IMG/VR virus record: IMGVR_UViG_3300009149_000024
Span: 7,775-71,774 of that record
Length of the DNA: 64,000 nt
Strand: one strand, 5' to 3'
Origin: a virus
Below, one piece after another: positions 42,781-52,059 of this stretch. The notes beneath the pieces are model-generated. The model saw only the letters and a list, made by a program, of their open reading frames with translations. It was not told the DNA's origin and did no database searches. Within the stretch, counting starts at the first letter, position 1; each line of letters opens with the position of its first letter. Position numbers and translations under genes: made by a program.

Positions 42781-43014
42781 ATGATGAAAGCATCAACAAA
42801 CATGAAAGCAGAAGAACGTAAATGGGAAATTCAATCTGCATTGAGCACTCTACAAAGAGCTGAAGAAATTAAAAACAATTCATCACTGATGAAAGATGTT
42901 AAAAAAGCAGCTGGTTTAGAAGCTAAAAGATTACAAACTTTAGCTAATGGAGGAAGTGTAATGTCAGCTCCTAAAAAGATGGCAGTTAAAAAAGTAATTA
43001 CTAAAAGAAAATAA
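42781..43014 (+). CDS. small basic hypothetical protein
   Basis: 77-aa ORF in operon order; contains LANGG. Confidence 0.55.
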   Translation: MMKASTNMKAEERKWEIQSALSTLQRAEEIKNNSSLMKDVKKAAGLEAKRLQTLANGGSVMSAPKKMAVKKVITKRK

Positions 43015-43015
43015 A

Positions 43016-43264
43016 ATGAAAAGTCCTAAAACAGGTATTTCTTTTCCTATACAAGGAGCAGCATACCAAAGAGAAACAACAAATGGATATTATAATCCAA
43101 CTTCAATACCTGCAGCTATTCAACAAAAAAAGAATCAAGCTAAAGTATTAAGAAGTATTAAAAAAGCAAAAGACGGGATTAGTATTCCAAGATCAAGCAC
43201 AAGAGCAAAAGAACCTGTGCAATCAGAGGCTTTTAAAAGTGGCTATTGTTCACATAAAAAATAA
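43016..43264 (+). CDS. small basic hypothetical protein
   Basis: 82-aa ORF tightly packed in operon. Confidence 0.55.
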   Translation: MKSPKTGISFPIQGAAYQRETTNGYYNPTSIPAAIQQKKNQAKVLRSIKKAKDGISIPRSSTRAKEPVQSEAFKSGYCSHKK

Positions 43265-43270
43265 ATTATC

Positions 43271-46186
43271 ATGAGTATTTTTATACAAGAAGTATTAGGA
43301 TTACTAAAAAGGAATCAAAAGAAAATAACTTTAGATAAAACTAAAGATTGGTTTGAATTTGGTAAACTATATCAAAGTAGTAGTTTAAATAATAAGTCTT
43401 CTTATACACCTAAGATGGACCCTTTTGTAATTAAATGGGGTGATTTAGTATGTCAAGCTACAGAAGATTTAACTAGAACTTTACCCGGTCAAGGTAATTT
43501 TGGATACATTCCTGTATATACTGATCCATCTGGATTTTGTAGTTGGGATACTTTAAAAGATTCCATTATTACACAGAATGCACTTAATACCATTATTAAT
43601 ATTGGAGGTGATTTAGAAGTACTTGGTGATGTTCAAATCTCAGGAGGAGATTTAACTGCAACTACTTCAACATTTAATCTTTTAAATACTGCTCCAGTAT
43701 CTGTTATTAACTTTGGAAGTACTACTACTAATATAGAAGTAGGTGGTGCAGCAACTGTTGTTAATATTAATGGAACTACAGAAAGTACAAGTTGTACTAC
43801 AGGAGCATTAGTAGTTGACGGTGGAGTTGGTATAGCAAAAAATTTAAATATTTGTGGTATAGTATTTATAGATAACCCAACTCAAAGTACAGACTGTACA
43901 ACAGGTGCTCTAGTAATAGGAGGTGGTGTTGGAATTGCTAAAAATTTAAATGTTTGTGAAGATTTAACTGTTCAAGGAAATACATATTTAAAAGGTAATG
44001 TAACTTTAGGTGATACTATTTCAAATGATATAATATTAAATGGTCAATTAATAGATAATTATGGTAATGGTCCATTGCCTAATCAAGTTTTAGTTGGTCA
44101 AGGTGGTGGATTAGTAGCATGGCAAAATGATGACATTGTTGAAACATTAAGTTATGGTAGTTTATGGCAAGGTGATGCATCTAATGTAAAACAAGAATTA
44201 ACTATTGGTTCTGCAGATCAAATTCTTATATCTGATGGTATTACATTTTCATGGCAAAATAATCCAGCTGCAATTGTTGGTGAAGTATGTGCTGTGAACA
44301 GCATACCATTATGGACACCAAATTCAAATACATTAGGTTGTTCTCTTATTTATCAAGATGGAAATAGCTCAACACCAGCTGCTAAGATATTTCTTAAAGG
44401 TGGTTTAGCTAGTGAAACTTCTGATGTTAGAACAATAACGGATGTTGCTTTAGGATATGGTAACTATGCAGGTGGAGAAAACTCTGCAGCATTTAACTTT
44501 AGAAGTTCTGCTTTAGGAAATGATTCATTTGCTGCTGGTCATAAAACTATTGCTGGAGGACATGGTTCATTTGTTGCCGGATACAATAGTGGAGCTGGTA
44601 ATTATGGTTTTGGTTATTTTAACGCTACAGTTACTTCTACAACTTTAGATATATTTATTCTTAGTGGAATAATTGCTGTTGGAGATTTTATAGTAGCAAA
44701 TGTTGAAACAAATACTTCAATCAGACATGAAATTTTATCTGTTGTTGGAAGTGGTACTATAGGACTAAATACAATTACTATAGCAAATCCTATTTCAGTG
44801 AATATAGGTGAAGCTGTTGCAATAGAAGAGGTTATTCCTGTTAGAGGAGATAATCAAGGTGCAATTGCGCTTGGAGTTACTGCTGCTTCTAAAGGGGTTG
44901 GTGCAATTGCTATTGGTACAAGATCTACAACAGATGTGCCTAATCAAATTGCTATTGGTAGTGATTTTACTACAGTGAAATTAGATGGTACTGTTCAAGA
45001 TAATACTCAAAATAAAGTTCTTGTTATAGATTCAAGTAATATTGTTAGATGGAGAGAAGCTTCTACAATTGGTGGAGGTAGTGGTACAATTACAGCTGAT
45101 AATGGTCTTACAATGAGTAGTGCAACTAACGTTCAGTTAGGTGGTACATTAATACAACAAACAAATATAAATACAGACAACTATAGAATTAGACTTACCA
45201 GTAATACTTCAATGACAGATTCTGTATTTGTTATTGATGCAATTGGTGGAGCTACAAGTTCTCATGGTATTCGTTCTAACTCTGTTGGAGGATTTGCAGG
45301 ATATTTTGAAACAGTTTCAGGTCTTGGTGCAATATATGCAACTAATAGTGGTTCTACACCAACTGTTACATTTAATCAATCAAATGGACAAGCTGTTGTA
45401 AAACTTTCACGTTCAGGAAATAATACTGGAGGAATTAATCCTGTAATAGATATATATAATGAATGTAATGCTGGATCTACTCTTGAAGGTTTTGGGGCTT
45501 CTATTAATTTTAATTTAGAGAATGATTCATCATTTGTATCATACGCTGGTCAAATTTCTTTTGATTGGACTATACCAACTGCAACAAATCTTTCATCAAG
45601 ATTTAAAATAGAAACCATAGAACAAAACATTGCATCAACTAAACTTGAAATTACACAAGGTCAATTAAAATTAAATAAATATGGTGTAAATAGTTTTGCA
45701 GGATCCGCTGTATATTCATTAGGTGTAAACTCAGGTGGTTATGTTGTTGAAATACCTATTGCAGGTGGAGGATCAGTAACATCTGTATCAGGAGTTGGTT
45801 CTGTTAGTGGTTTAACATTAACAGGAACCGTAACAAGTTCAGGAGATTTAACTCTTGGTGGTACACTTTCATTAACAAGTAGTGATGTAACAAATGGTCT
45901 TGGATATACACCATATAATGCTACTAACCCAGATGGATATACATCATTTGCAGAACCTGGTATTTATAGTGGCGGTGGTACTCCAACTTTAGCTGCAGGT
46001 GTTACTGCTCAAGAAGTTAGAGATCTTATAGGCGCAGGTACTCCAATAGTTGACACAGATTTTGTTAAAAATACTGCAGATACATATACAAGTACATCAA
46101 AAGTAACCCAGATAGTAACACTAACTCAGGCTGAATATGACCTTATACCTTCTCCTTTGAACTCAACCCTTTATGTAATTTTATAA
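43271..46186 (+). CDS. tail fibre protein
   Basis: 971 aa, G/S/T-rich; two ST(S/D)CTTGALVxxGGVGIAKNLN repeats; YadA-head-like AIALG/AIAIG repeats; C-terminal LTQAEYDLI...LYVI motif. Confidence 0.8.
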   Translation: MSIFIQEVLGLLKRNQKKITLDKTKDWFEFGKLYQSSSLNNKSSYTPKMDPFVIKWGDLVCQATEDLTRTLPGQGNFGYIPVYTDPSGFCSWDTLKDSIITQNALNTIINIGGDLEVLGDVQISGGDLTATTSTFNLLNTAPVSVINFGSTTTNIEVGGAATVVNINGTTESTSCTTGALVVDGGVGIAKNLNICGIVFIDNPTQSTDCTTGALVIGGGVGIAKNLNVCEDLTVQGNTYLKGNVTLGDTISNDIILNGQLIDNYGNGPLPNQVLVGQGGGLVAWQNDDIVETLSYGSLWQGDASNVKQELTIGSADQILISDGITFSWQNNPAAIVGEVCAVNSIPLWTPNSNTLGCSLIYQDGNSSTPAAKIFLKGGLASETSDVRTITDVALGYGNYAGGENSAAFNFRSSALGNDSFAAGHKTIAGGHGSFVAGYNSGAGNYGFGYFNATVTSTTLDIFILSGIIAVGDFIVANVETNTSIRHEILSVVGSGTIGLNTITIANPISVNIGEAVAIEEVIPVRGDNQGAIALGVTAASKGVGAIAIGTRSTTDVPNQIAIGSDFTTVKLDGTVQDNTQNKVLVIDSSNIVRWREASTIGGGSGTITADNGLTMSSATNVQLGGTLIQQTNINTDNYRIRLTSNTSMTDSVFVIDAIGGATSSHGIRSNSVGGFAGYFETVSGLGAIYATNSGSTPTVTFNQSNGQAVVKLSRSGNNTGGINPVIDIYNECNAGSTLEGFGASINFNLENDSSFVSYAGQISFDWTIPTATNLSSRFKIETIEQNIASTKLEITQGQLKLNKYGVNSFAGSAVYSLGVNSGGYVVEIPIAGGGSVTSVSGVGSVSGLTLTGTVTSSGDLTLGGTLSLTSSDVTNGLGYTPYNATNPDGYTSFAEPGIYSGGGTPTLAAGVTAQEVRDLIGAGTPIVDTDFVKNTADTYTSTSKVTQIVTLTQAEYDLIPSPLNSTLYVIL
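43777..43957 (+). repeat. tandem in-frame repeat within tail fibre
   Basis: TTESTSCTTGALVVDGGVGIAKNLNIC / PTQSTDCTTGALVIGGGVGIAKNLNVC; boundaries approximate. Confidence 0.7.
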
Positions 46187-46494
46187 TGGCAGATTTTAAA
46201 ATTGGAAATATAACTCCTTTAGTAGGAAATTTAAAAGCAGGTAGCACTGATGTTATCCGCGTAATGAATGGTTCTGTACAAGTATGGCCTCCAACAGTCA
46301 TACTATGTAATGAATATACAATTGGTGGTTACGATCAAGGTTGTACAACTTATATAAACTGTGAGGGAATACAAGAAGAAGCATGTTACAACGGACCATC
46401 TGCAGGTGGATATGATCAAACTAGTTTCTATGCTACTGAAATTATCTCATTCTATGGTGCTGAACCAGCTTTAACAGGTTTATGTCCACATTAA
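46186..46494 (+). CDS. putative fibre-tip adhesin
   Basis: TAATG-coupled to fibre; N-terminal LKAGSTDVIRVMNGSVQVWP motif typical of fibre-tip partners; Cys-rich C-terminus. Confidence 0.55.
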   Translation: MADFKIGNITPLVGNLKAGSTDVIRVMNGSVQVWPPTVILCNEYTIGGYDQGCTTYINCEGIQEEACYNGPSAGGYDQTSFYATEIISFYGAEPALTGLCPH

Positions 46495-46537
46495 GTCAAA
46501 CTAACAACAATTTATATTTAATAATATTATAAACAAA

Positions 46538-46699
46538 ATGAAAAAATATCAAATAGGTGGAAGTATGCAATCACGAACTAGTGATGAACTGGATCCAAAT
46601 AAGATTAAGACACCAATTGCACCTAATCCAGGTTTTATACCATCTGGTGCAATGAGTCAAATGAAAAAAGGTGGGCAAATGAAAAAATCAAAATGCTAA
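46538..46699 (+). CDS. small basic protein (53 aa) with two xxGG motifs
   Basis: manually translated MKKYQIGGSMQSRTSDELDPNKIKTPIAPNPGFIPSGAMSQMKKGGQMKKSKC. Confidence 0.6.
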   Translation: MKKYQIGGSMQSRTSDELDPNKIKTPIAPNPGFIPSGAMSQMKKGGQMKKSKC

Positions 46700-46843
46700 C
46701 AATGTGTGTTATAATACACAAATAGCTTGATTTTGTCCATTATATAACACATTATAAGTAGCCAAAACTACTAAAAAAAGTGAGTTTTGGCTAAGTATAA
46801 TACAAAATGTGTTATACAAATTGTATAATTTTAATATAATTGT

Positions 46844-46888
46844 ACCTGAGTTGCTTACCATAAGAACAGCACTCAGGTCTTTTTTTTG
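46844..46888 (+). terminator. intrinsic terminator
   Basis: ACCTGAGTTGCT...AGCACTCAGGT stem followed by a T-run. Confidence 0.7.
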
Positions 46889-46964
46889 CTTTGATAAACT
46901 AGTAAACTCTTGTAACCATTATTGCACAATATATGCAACAAGCTGTTTGTATAAATTCCATATC

Positions 46965-47321
46965 TTATTTGTTTTTAAATTGTTTATAAACTTGTTCTAC
47001 TATCCAAGAAAGCAAATATGCTTGAGCTTCATCATTATTAACGTCAGGCTTAATACCTACGCGTTTCATAATAAAACTTGTAATATGTAAAGCTTCATGA
47101 GCTATTGTGCTGATAGCAAATATTTCATCTGTCAGATTCTTTTTATTCAGCAATATTAAATGATGCTGACCTGTTGCTTCTGCATATGCTGCAAAATCAT
47201 ACCTATCAGTGTTCACATAGAACTTTTTATTTACTTCAGCTATTTCTTTTTCTACATCATTACATATAGCTATATGCAATGTCTGATGATACAGGGGTAT
47301 ACTAATTCTTTTGTAAACCAT
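46965..47321 (-). CDS. HExxH metallopeptidase-like protein
   Basis: IAHEALH...DEAQAYL. Confidence 0.6.
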   Translation of the reverse strand: MVYKRISIPLYHQTLHIAICNDVEKEIAEVNKKFYVNTDRYDFAAYAEATGQHHLILLNKKNLTDEIFAISTIAHEALHITSFIMKRVGIKPDVNNDEAQAYLLSWIVEQVYKQFKNK

Positions 47322-47634
47322 TTTCTATAAATTCTGCTATTACTTCACACATTTTACTTGCTGAATAATCTCTACGTTCTAACATTTCAGAATGTATAAA
47401 ATCTAATATGATTTCTTGTTGCAATTTAGCAGCAAATACACCACCTCTTTTAAACCACTTAGCATTGTATCCTGCACTAGCTTGATTAAAGTTGTTTTGA
47501 GATGTTCTATACAAACCTTCCTTTGCAATTAGATCTGTTAGTGGTTCTAGATTATCAAAATCAATAAAATCATATGCATTAGACCTATTGGCCAATACTT
47601 CTTCTTTAGGAAGAACCTTTACTTCATGTTTCAT
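47302..47634 (-). CDS. hypothetical protein
   Basis: 110-aa ORF overlapping both neighbours. Confidence 0.6.
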   Translation of the reverse strand: MKHEVKVLPKEEVLANRSNAYDFIDFDNLEPLTDLIAKEGLYRTSQNNFNQASAGYNAKWFKRGGVFAAKLQQEIILDFIHSEMLERRDYSASKMCEVIAEFIENGLQKN

Positions 47635-47906
47635 TTCAAAAATATTTTGAGTGTTTTACCATCATCCTGGTACTGTAGTTCTACATCTTTAGCATTGTAG
47701 TTTGTATATGCTCTACCCATATGTGGTGGAGAATGTTGTATTACTTCTACTCTTGTTACTTTAGGAAGAACAAAAGTTGTTTCTAAACCTTCTGGTTTAC
47801 ATGTATCACAATATAAGTCTTGAGTCAACCCTGTAGATATTATTACACTACATTTATGACAAAGTGTGGCACCAAGGCCTCCGTTAAGTTTATGAATTGG
47901 TTTCAT
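47631..47906 (-). CDS. hypothetical protein with CxxC..CxxC
   Basis: start reassigned to MKPIHKL (47906) because the upstream extension overlaps the tRNA-like element. Confidence 0.6.
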   Translation of the reverse strand: MKPIHKLNGGLGATLCHKCSVIISTGLTQDLYCDTCKPEGLETTFVLPKVTRVEVIQHSPPHMGRAYTNYNAKDVELQYQDDGKTLKIFLK

Positions 47907-47920
47907 AGTTTGTAATTTAG

Positions 47921-48091
47921 GGGTCAAGGCAGGATTTGAACCTGCATGCACACATTAAGGTGGTGCTTTGATATGTTTTCCAGTGTCCACTACAAGTTCC
48001 CTTAACTTTGTAGCAACTACTTTCATCTCACATAGCGTCTACCATCAGGATACTGCTTTATCAGTGCAGTCCTTCTTCCGCCACTTGACCC
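47921..48091 (-). ncRNA. tRNA-like RNA with expanded D-loop and anticodon arm
   Basis: acceptor (G)GGTCAAG/CTTGACC(C); TGGCGGAA...TGGTAGACGC D-arm; GCAGG-TTCAAAT-CCTGC T-arm; long variable arm; no 7-nt anticodon loop. Confidence 0.7.
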
Positions 48092-48247
48092 AGAGAGTTA
48101 ATTCACTGCAACTCACAAGCGTTCCCTATCCACAGAGACCATAGATTACAAGTTTAATGTGGATGTAATACCACAGCTCTTATTCTAATACCCTTTTATT
48201 TCAAGCCAACCTGCTTATCTTTAATACGAGTTTTTCAAGGGTACAGG

Positions 48248-48811
48248 TTATTTTCTTTTAATAATGTAACTAGGATTCCAAGTTGATCTTTCAGTTTTCA
48301 TATCTCTCCATGGCCATGTCATTCTTGCTTTGTGCAAGTTTCTATTAGCATAATGTTTCCACCATAATATCATTTCCCAATATCTATCATCATCACCGTC
48401 TGGAGCATGCCAATGTATTACAAATTGCCAATGGAAGAAAAATATATAAAATGCTGGAGCCCATTCAAATCTAGGTGAGTCATATTTATCTTTCCAACCT
48501 AATTCATTTCTTTTAATACACCAAGGCCATCCTATTTGTATCCAAAAATGATTACCAAAAATTGGTACTATCCAATCTTTAGCACGCCTAACCATAGGCA
48601 TATTTTTAAATTTTTCTCTTTTATAATAATGAGGATAATCTAAAATGTGTTTATCTAATTCTTCTTGTGTTTTAGGAATTAATCTACGGATACTAATTAT
48701 ATTCTTATTAAAGCCTATAGGCCAGAAATAAGGTGTTCCATAAACTATTTTTCCTAAATAATATCTTTTGACTGGAGGTACAAATACATCCTTTAAATCA
48801 CTTATTTTCAT
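48248..48811 (-). CDS. Trp-rich hypothetical protein
   Basis: 187-aa ORF. Confidence 0.65.
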   Translation of the reverse strand: MKISDLKDVFVPPVKRYYLGKIVYGTPYFWPIGFNKNIISIRRLIPKTQEELDKHILDYPHYYKREKFKNMPMVRRAKDWIVPIFGNHFWIQIGWPWCIKRNELGWKDKYDSPRFEWAPAFYIFFFHWQFVIHWHAPDGDDDRYWEMILWWKHYANRNLHKARMTWPWRDMKTERSTWNPSYIIKRK

Positions 48812-48944
48812 GTCCTATAATATTATTGATCCACCACTTTTTAAATTTAGATGAATCAGGTAAAGTAATTACAAATCTATCTATAATTACAATAGATGAT
48901 GGAATTAATGCTCCAAGAATTAATAAAATAATAAGTATTTTCAT
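48798..48944 (-). CDS. small membrane protein (48 aa)
   Basis: manually translated MKILIILLILGALIPSSIVII...FKKWWINNIIGHENK. Confidence 0.5.
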   Translation of the reverse strand: MKILIILLILGALIPSSIVIIDRFVITLPDSSKFKKWWINNIIGHENK

Positions 48945-48957
48945 ATTTAATTTTTTT

Positions 48958-48990
48958 AAAAGGTAAAGGGGATGATTTTACTCACCCCCT
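48958..48990 (-). terminator. possible intrinsic terminator
   Basis: minus strand GGGGGTGA-GTAAAA-TCATCCCC followed by TTTACCTTTT. Confidence 0.45.
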
Positions 48991-49082
48991 GTTGGTTTAC
49001 CCACATAATTATTTTGGATCATTTGTTATGCACAAATAAAAGCATATAAAAGCAAATATTGCAGCTAACAATGTCCACATAA

Positions 49083-49991
49083 TTAGTCTCTCATCAAATA
49101 AACGTCTTGTACTAATTTTGATGGTGTGATATCTTCATCTACTTCAATGGCATTTTCATTCCATTCTTCCATAGTAATATCTAAATTTCCGTCTTGAGTT
49201 GTATCAAACTCAGATAAATCCAATGCATCATTCATTGTAATATTCATCTTTGATAAAACTCTGGCCGTCATGAAGTCATGAAAGTTTTGGCTATCAGATA
49301 ACCAATCTCTTGGATGAGCTTTCTTCAATGCATGTGTAACGTGATTATAGAACGTCCAAGCATTTTCTTGATCACATTGGTAATCATATGATGGTTTTTC
49401 TAACTCAGCTTTAACGCAAGACATTTGTGATGCATCAAGAATATCTTCATTAATGTAAAGTCTTCCTGCAATCTCAGCTTGTTGTTGTAATGATAATTCA
49501 GTATTTCTCATTGCATCTCTATCATTAAGGATACGTTTGTAATACTTCTCACCATTCTTGATTTGATTAGAAATTTGCATTCTAATATCATGATCAGCAG
49601 ATCCAGTATGCTTTCTTCTAAAGTTCATCATGTCACCGGCCACCATACCATTATGGCAAACCATAACATATGCACCTATTGCGCATTGAAAACGTGTGCT
49701 CTTATCATAAGAGTTTGTCCAGGCAAACATCATCCCTAACTCTTTCTCCTCTAAAATAGTAGGATCAACAGTGTTGATTGGTAAGATATGATATATGCCT
49801 TGTGCTACATTGGCATTCATATTTGCTCTATATAATTCTTTTTGGATAATAAAACCACTGTCTTGCAGTAGTTGTTTTGTGTTATCTATCACTTGTTTGT
49901 GTGATATAACTGTATAACTTTTACCATGATTTGGTAAGGGTGCGTTTTCTAGGTAATTCCTAGTTGTTTCTTTTGGTTTATTATAACCCAT
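49083..49991 (-). CDS. DUF932/DUF945-like phage protein
   Basis: SYTVISH, NSYDKS, VCHNGM, RRKHTG, NAWTFYNHVTH motifs. Confidence 0.7.
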   Translation of the reverse strand: MGYNKPKETTRNYLENAPLPNHGKSYTVISHKQVIDNTKQLLQDSGFIIQKELYRANMNANVAQGIYHILPINTVDPTILEEKELGMMFAWTNSYDKSTRFQCAIGAYVMVCHNGMVAGDMMNFRRKHTGSADHDIRMQISNQIKNGEKYYKRILNDRDAMRNTELSLQQQAEIAGRLYINEDILDASQMSCVKAELEKPSYDYQCDQENAWTFYNHVTHALKKAHPRDWLSDSQNFHDFMTARVLSKMNITMNDALDLSEFDTTQDGNLDITMEEWNENAIEVDEDITPSKLVQDVYLMRD

Positions 49992-50051
49992 ATTGTTAAA
50001 CTTTTAAAATGTAAATATACAAAAAATGTTTAGATAAACAATAAATAAATA

Positions 50052-50354
50052 TTAATTGTTTTTTACAAATTGTCCATCAACCATTTTACCGGTTCTCTTA
50101 CTAATTACATTGTATGCTGACTCAAGACATTCTTCCAAAGATAATCCTTGCATTTTTGCTTGAATAATCAATGTAACCATAATGTCCCCAATAGCATCAA
50201 TGATCTCAGGACGGTCATTTTTGTTAATTGCTGTACATAATTCTGTGCATTCTTCTAATGTTTTTAGTGCCTGTGCCATTGGTGTAGCTTTCTCTAAAAT
50301 TCCTTTGTCTGCAGCCCATTGTTCTACAACGGCTTCTAATTCAAAATAGTCCAT
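50052..50354 (-). CDS. MazG-like nucleotide pyrophosphohydrolase
   Basis: QALKTLEECTEL...DAIGDIMVTL...AYNVISKRTGKMVDGQFVK; start reassigned to MDYFELE. Confidence 0.8.
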   Translation of the reverse strand: MDYFELEAVVEQWAADKGILEKATPMAQALKTLEECTELCTAINKNDRPEIIDAIGDIMVTLIIQAKMQGLSLEECLESAYNVISKRTGKMVDGQFVKNN

Positions 50355-50358
50355 GTTA

Positions 50359-51003
50359 TTATAATTTAAATGATTTAATTGTGTGTTTAAATGGGTTTCC
50401 TTCAATATTTTTTACAAGATCCAACATCTCTTGGGCCAATTCTCTAACTTCTAATTGTGCATGTTCAGAATTTCTTAGTCCTTGAAAGTGCGCAAAGCTT
50501 CTCCAATTGAAAGATATATCCATAGTTATTTGAGAATTAAAAGTTTTAAAAAATCTGGCTGATTCTTTAGCTCTTTTTCTACCTAATACAGGAGTTAGTT
50601 CTTCTAATGCTTTATGATACAAATGATTTGCTTCATAAGTAAAATTTTGTAATCTTTCAGCCCAAGTAATTACATCATCACTTATTTCAGTATCAAACCA
50701 ATCTTCAGGTATATAAGTCTTATCTTCTTTAAGTTCTTTGTATCTAGCTGATTCACCATTAATACTTACACCAATACGGTGTTTAAGTAAGTGGATGTGT
50801 GTAGCCTGATCAACATTAACCAAGAAATGCAATTGACTCTTTTCAAATGGTGTATGATGGCCTTCTGTAGCTAGCATCTCTAATAAATTAGGGATCCTTG
50901 CTTCTTTTTCTGGTGTAATATCTCTGGATGTAGATGTCCAAGCTGAACTAGCATGAATCTTATCATCTCCATAGTAACCAATTAATTCTACTGTGTTAGA
51001 CAT
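50359..51003 (-). CDS. thyX: flavin-dependent thymidylate synthase
   Basis: GHHTPFE, LLKHRIGVSINGESARY, KESARF, LRNSEHAQLEVR. Confidence 0.92.
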   Translation of the reverse strand: MSNTVELIGYYGDDKIHASSAWTSTSRDITPEKEARIPNLLEMLATEGHHTPFEKSQLHFLVNVDQATHIHLLKHRIGVSINGESARYKELKEDKTYIPEDWFDTEISDDVITWAERLQNFTYEANHLYHKALEELTPVLGRKRAKESARFFKTFNSQITMDISFNWRSFAHFQGLRNSEHAQLEVRELAQEMLDLVKNIEGNPFKHTIKSFKL

Positions 51004-51349
51004 TGTTCTTTTTTTGTATTAAATAATAGATTTCATCCCAAGTTTTTGGTAATCCCATTAAACATTTATCATCTATATAGATGTCTGCAGAAATCTTTCT
51101 ACAGTCTTGTTTATAAAGTTTAATAAGTTCAGGGCAATTGCTGTTTATATAGTGGTATTTGATACCATGGTGATCTAAGAAGTCTTGTGCTAATCCTTCA
51201 TACTTACCAGTTCTGCAGGTATTAATGATTATAGTGTGTCCTTCATTATAGAGAATGTTAATGTAAGTATCCGCATCTTTTCTTAATGGTCCTACTTCAG
51301 GCCAAGATAATTCAGCTATGGTGCCGTCAAAATCAATTGCTAGTATCAT
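50996..51349 (-). CDS. HAD-superfamily hydrolase-like protein
   Basis: IDFDGTI, INTCR, KISADIYIDDK. Confidence 0.8.
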   Translation of the reverse strand: MILAIDFDGTIAELSWPEVGPLRKDADTYINILYNEGHTIIINTCRTGKYEGLAQDFLDHHGIKYHYINSNCPELIKLYKQDCRKISADIYIDDKCLMGLPKTWDEIYYLIQKKNNV

Positions 51350-51762
51350 TAATCAGGTACAATTATATTATTAAGGTTTCTATATTCCAACTCCTGCACA
51401 ATTATTTTCTCAAACCATGGTTCTATTTTTCCTCCCATATCTTTAATAATGTTTGTTAGGTGATCATTAGACATTTCTTCTACTGATTTGTATGATAAAG
51501 GTGATCTACCATCTTTACCTCTGTTACCCCAATGTGCAGCACTTCTGTTCATCATATGATCATCTGATAGATATATTGTAGAGCTTCTGTCAATTAAATT
51601 AAGGTCTTTACCTCCATAATGTTGATATGCTGTTCCGCCATCTATCATTGTTTTATTTTCACAACTACATGTTTTGTAATCATGTCTATTGTAAGATATT
51701 AATACTTCATTACAGTTTTTACACTGTATCCTGTTCAGTACTATCTGTTCTAGTTCGTTCAT
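51349..51762 (-). CDS. hypothetical protein with Cys/His metal-binding motif
   Basis: CKNC...HDYKTCSC...IDGG. Confidence 0.65.
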   Translation of the reverse strand: MNELEQIVLNRIQCKNCNEVLISYNRHDYKTCSCENKTMIDGGTAYQHYGGKDLNLIDRSSTIYLSDDHMMNRSAAHWGNRGKDGRSPLSYKSVEEMSNDHLTNIIKDMGGKIEPWFEKIIVQELEYRNLNNIIVPD

Positions 51763-51889
51763 AATTAATCATTTTTTTTAAATGTTTATACATTCTGTTT
51801 CCTAAACACCATGGGCAGGTACCATTATTTCTACATTGATGGCTAACTGCTTTGGCCCCGGTTAGTTTCTTCTTGATAGTCCTACTCAT
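51719..51889 (-). CDS. small Cys-containing protein (56 aa)
   Basis: manually translated MSRTIKKKLTGAKAVSHQCRNNGTCPWCLGNRMYK... Confidence 0.55.
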   Translation of the reverse strand: MSRTIKKKLTGAKAVSHQCRNNGTCPWCLGNRMYKHLKKMINYERTRTDSTEQDTV

Positions 51890-51895
51890 AATGAA

Positions 51896-52054
51896 TCAGT
51901 TTAATTTAATTCTATATGTCCATTTTGATGCAGCCATATATGTTTCAAAATAGCAATCTTGCCAATAGTATACATTTTTACCTGCAACACGGTCATAAAA
52001 ACCTACTCTTGTAGTCTTGACCATTGTAAACCTACTTATTAAATTTTTTATCAT
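51896..52054 (-). CDS. hypothetical protein (52 aa)
   Basis: manually translated MIKNLISRFTMVKTTRVGFYDRVAGK...; fills the gap in the operon. Confidence 0.5.
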   Translation of the reverse strand: MIKNLISRFTMVKTTRVGFYDRVAGKNVYYWQDCYFETYMAASKWTYRIKLN

Positions 52055-52059
52055 AATAT

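Noticed and set aside
46809-47090. 93-aa plus-strand ORF
   Set aside because: It runs through the terminator and antisense to a plausible gene.
47907-47951. N-terminal extension MHAGSNPALTPKLQT of ORF 47631-47951
   Set aside because: It is the translated T-arm and acceptor stem of the tRNA-like RNA. The likely start is 47906.
47921-48091. Canonical tRNA or tmRNA call
   Set aside because: No 7-nt anticodon loop can be assigned. It has a D-stem, is too short for tmRNA and has no evident tag ORF.
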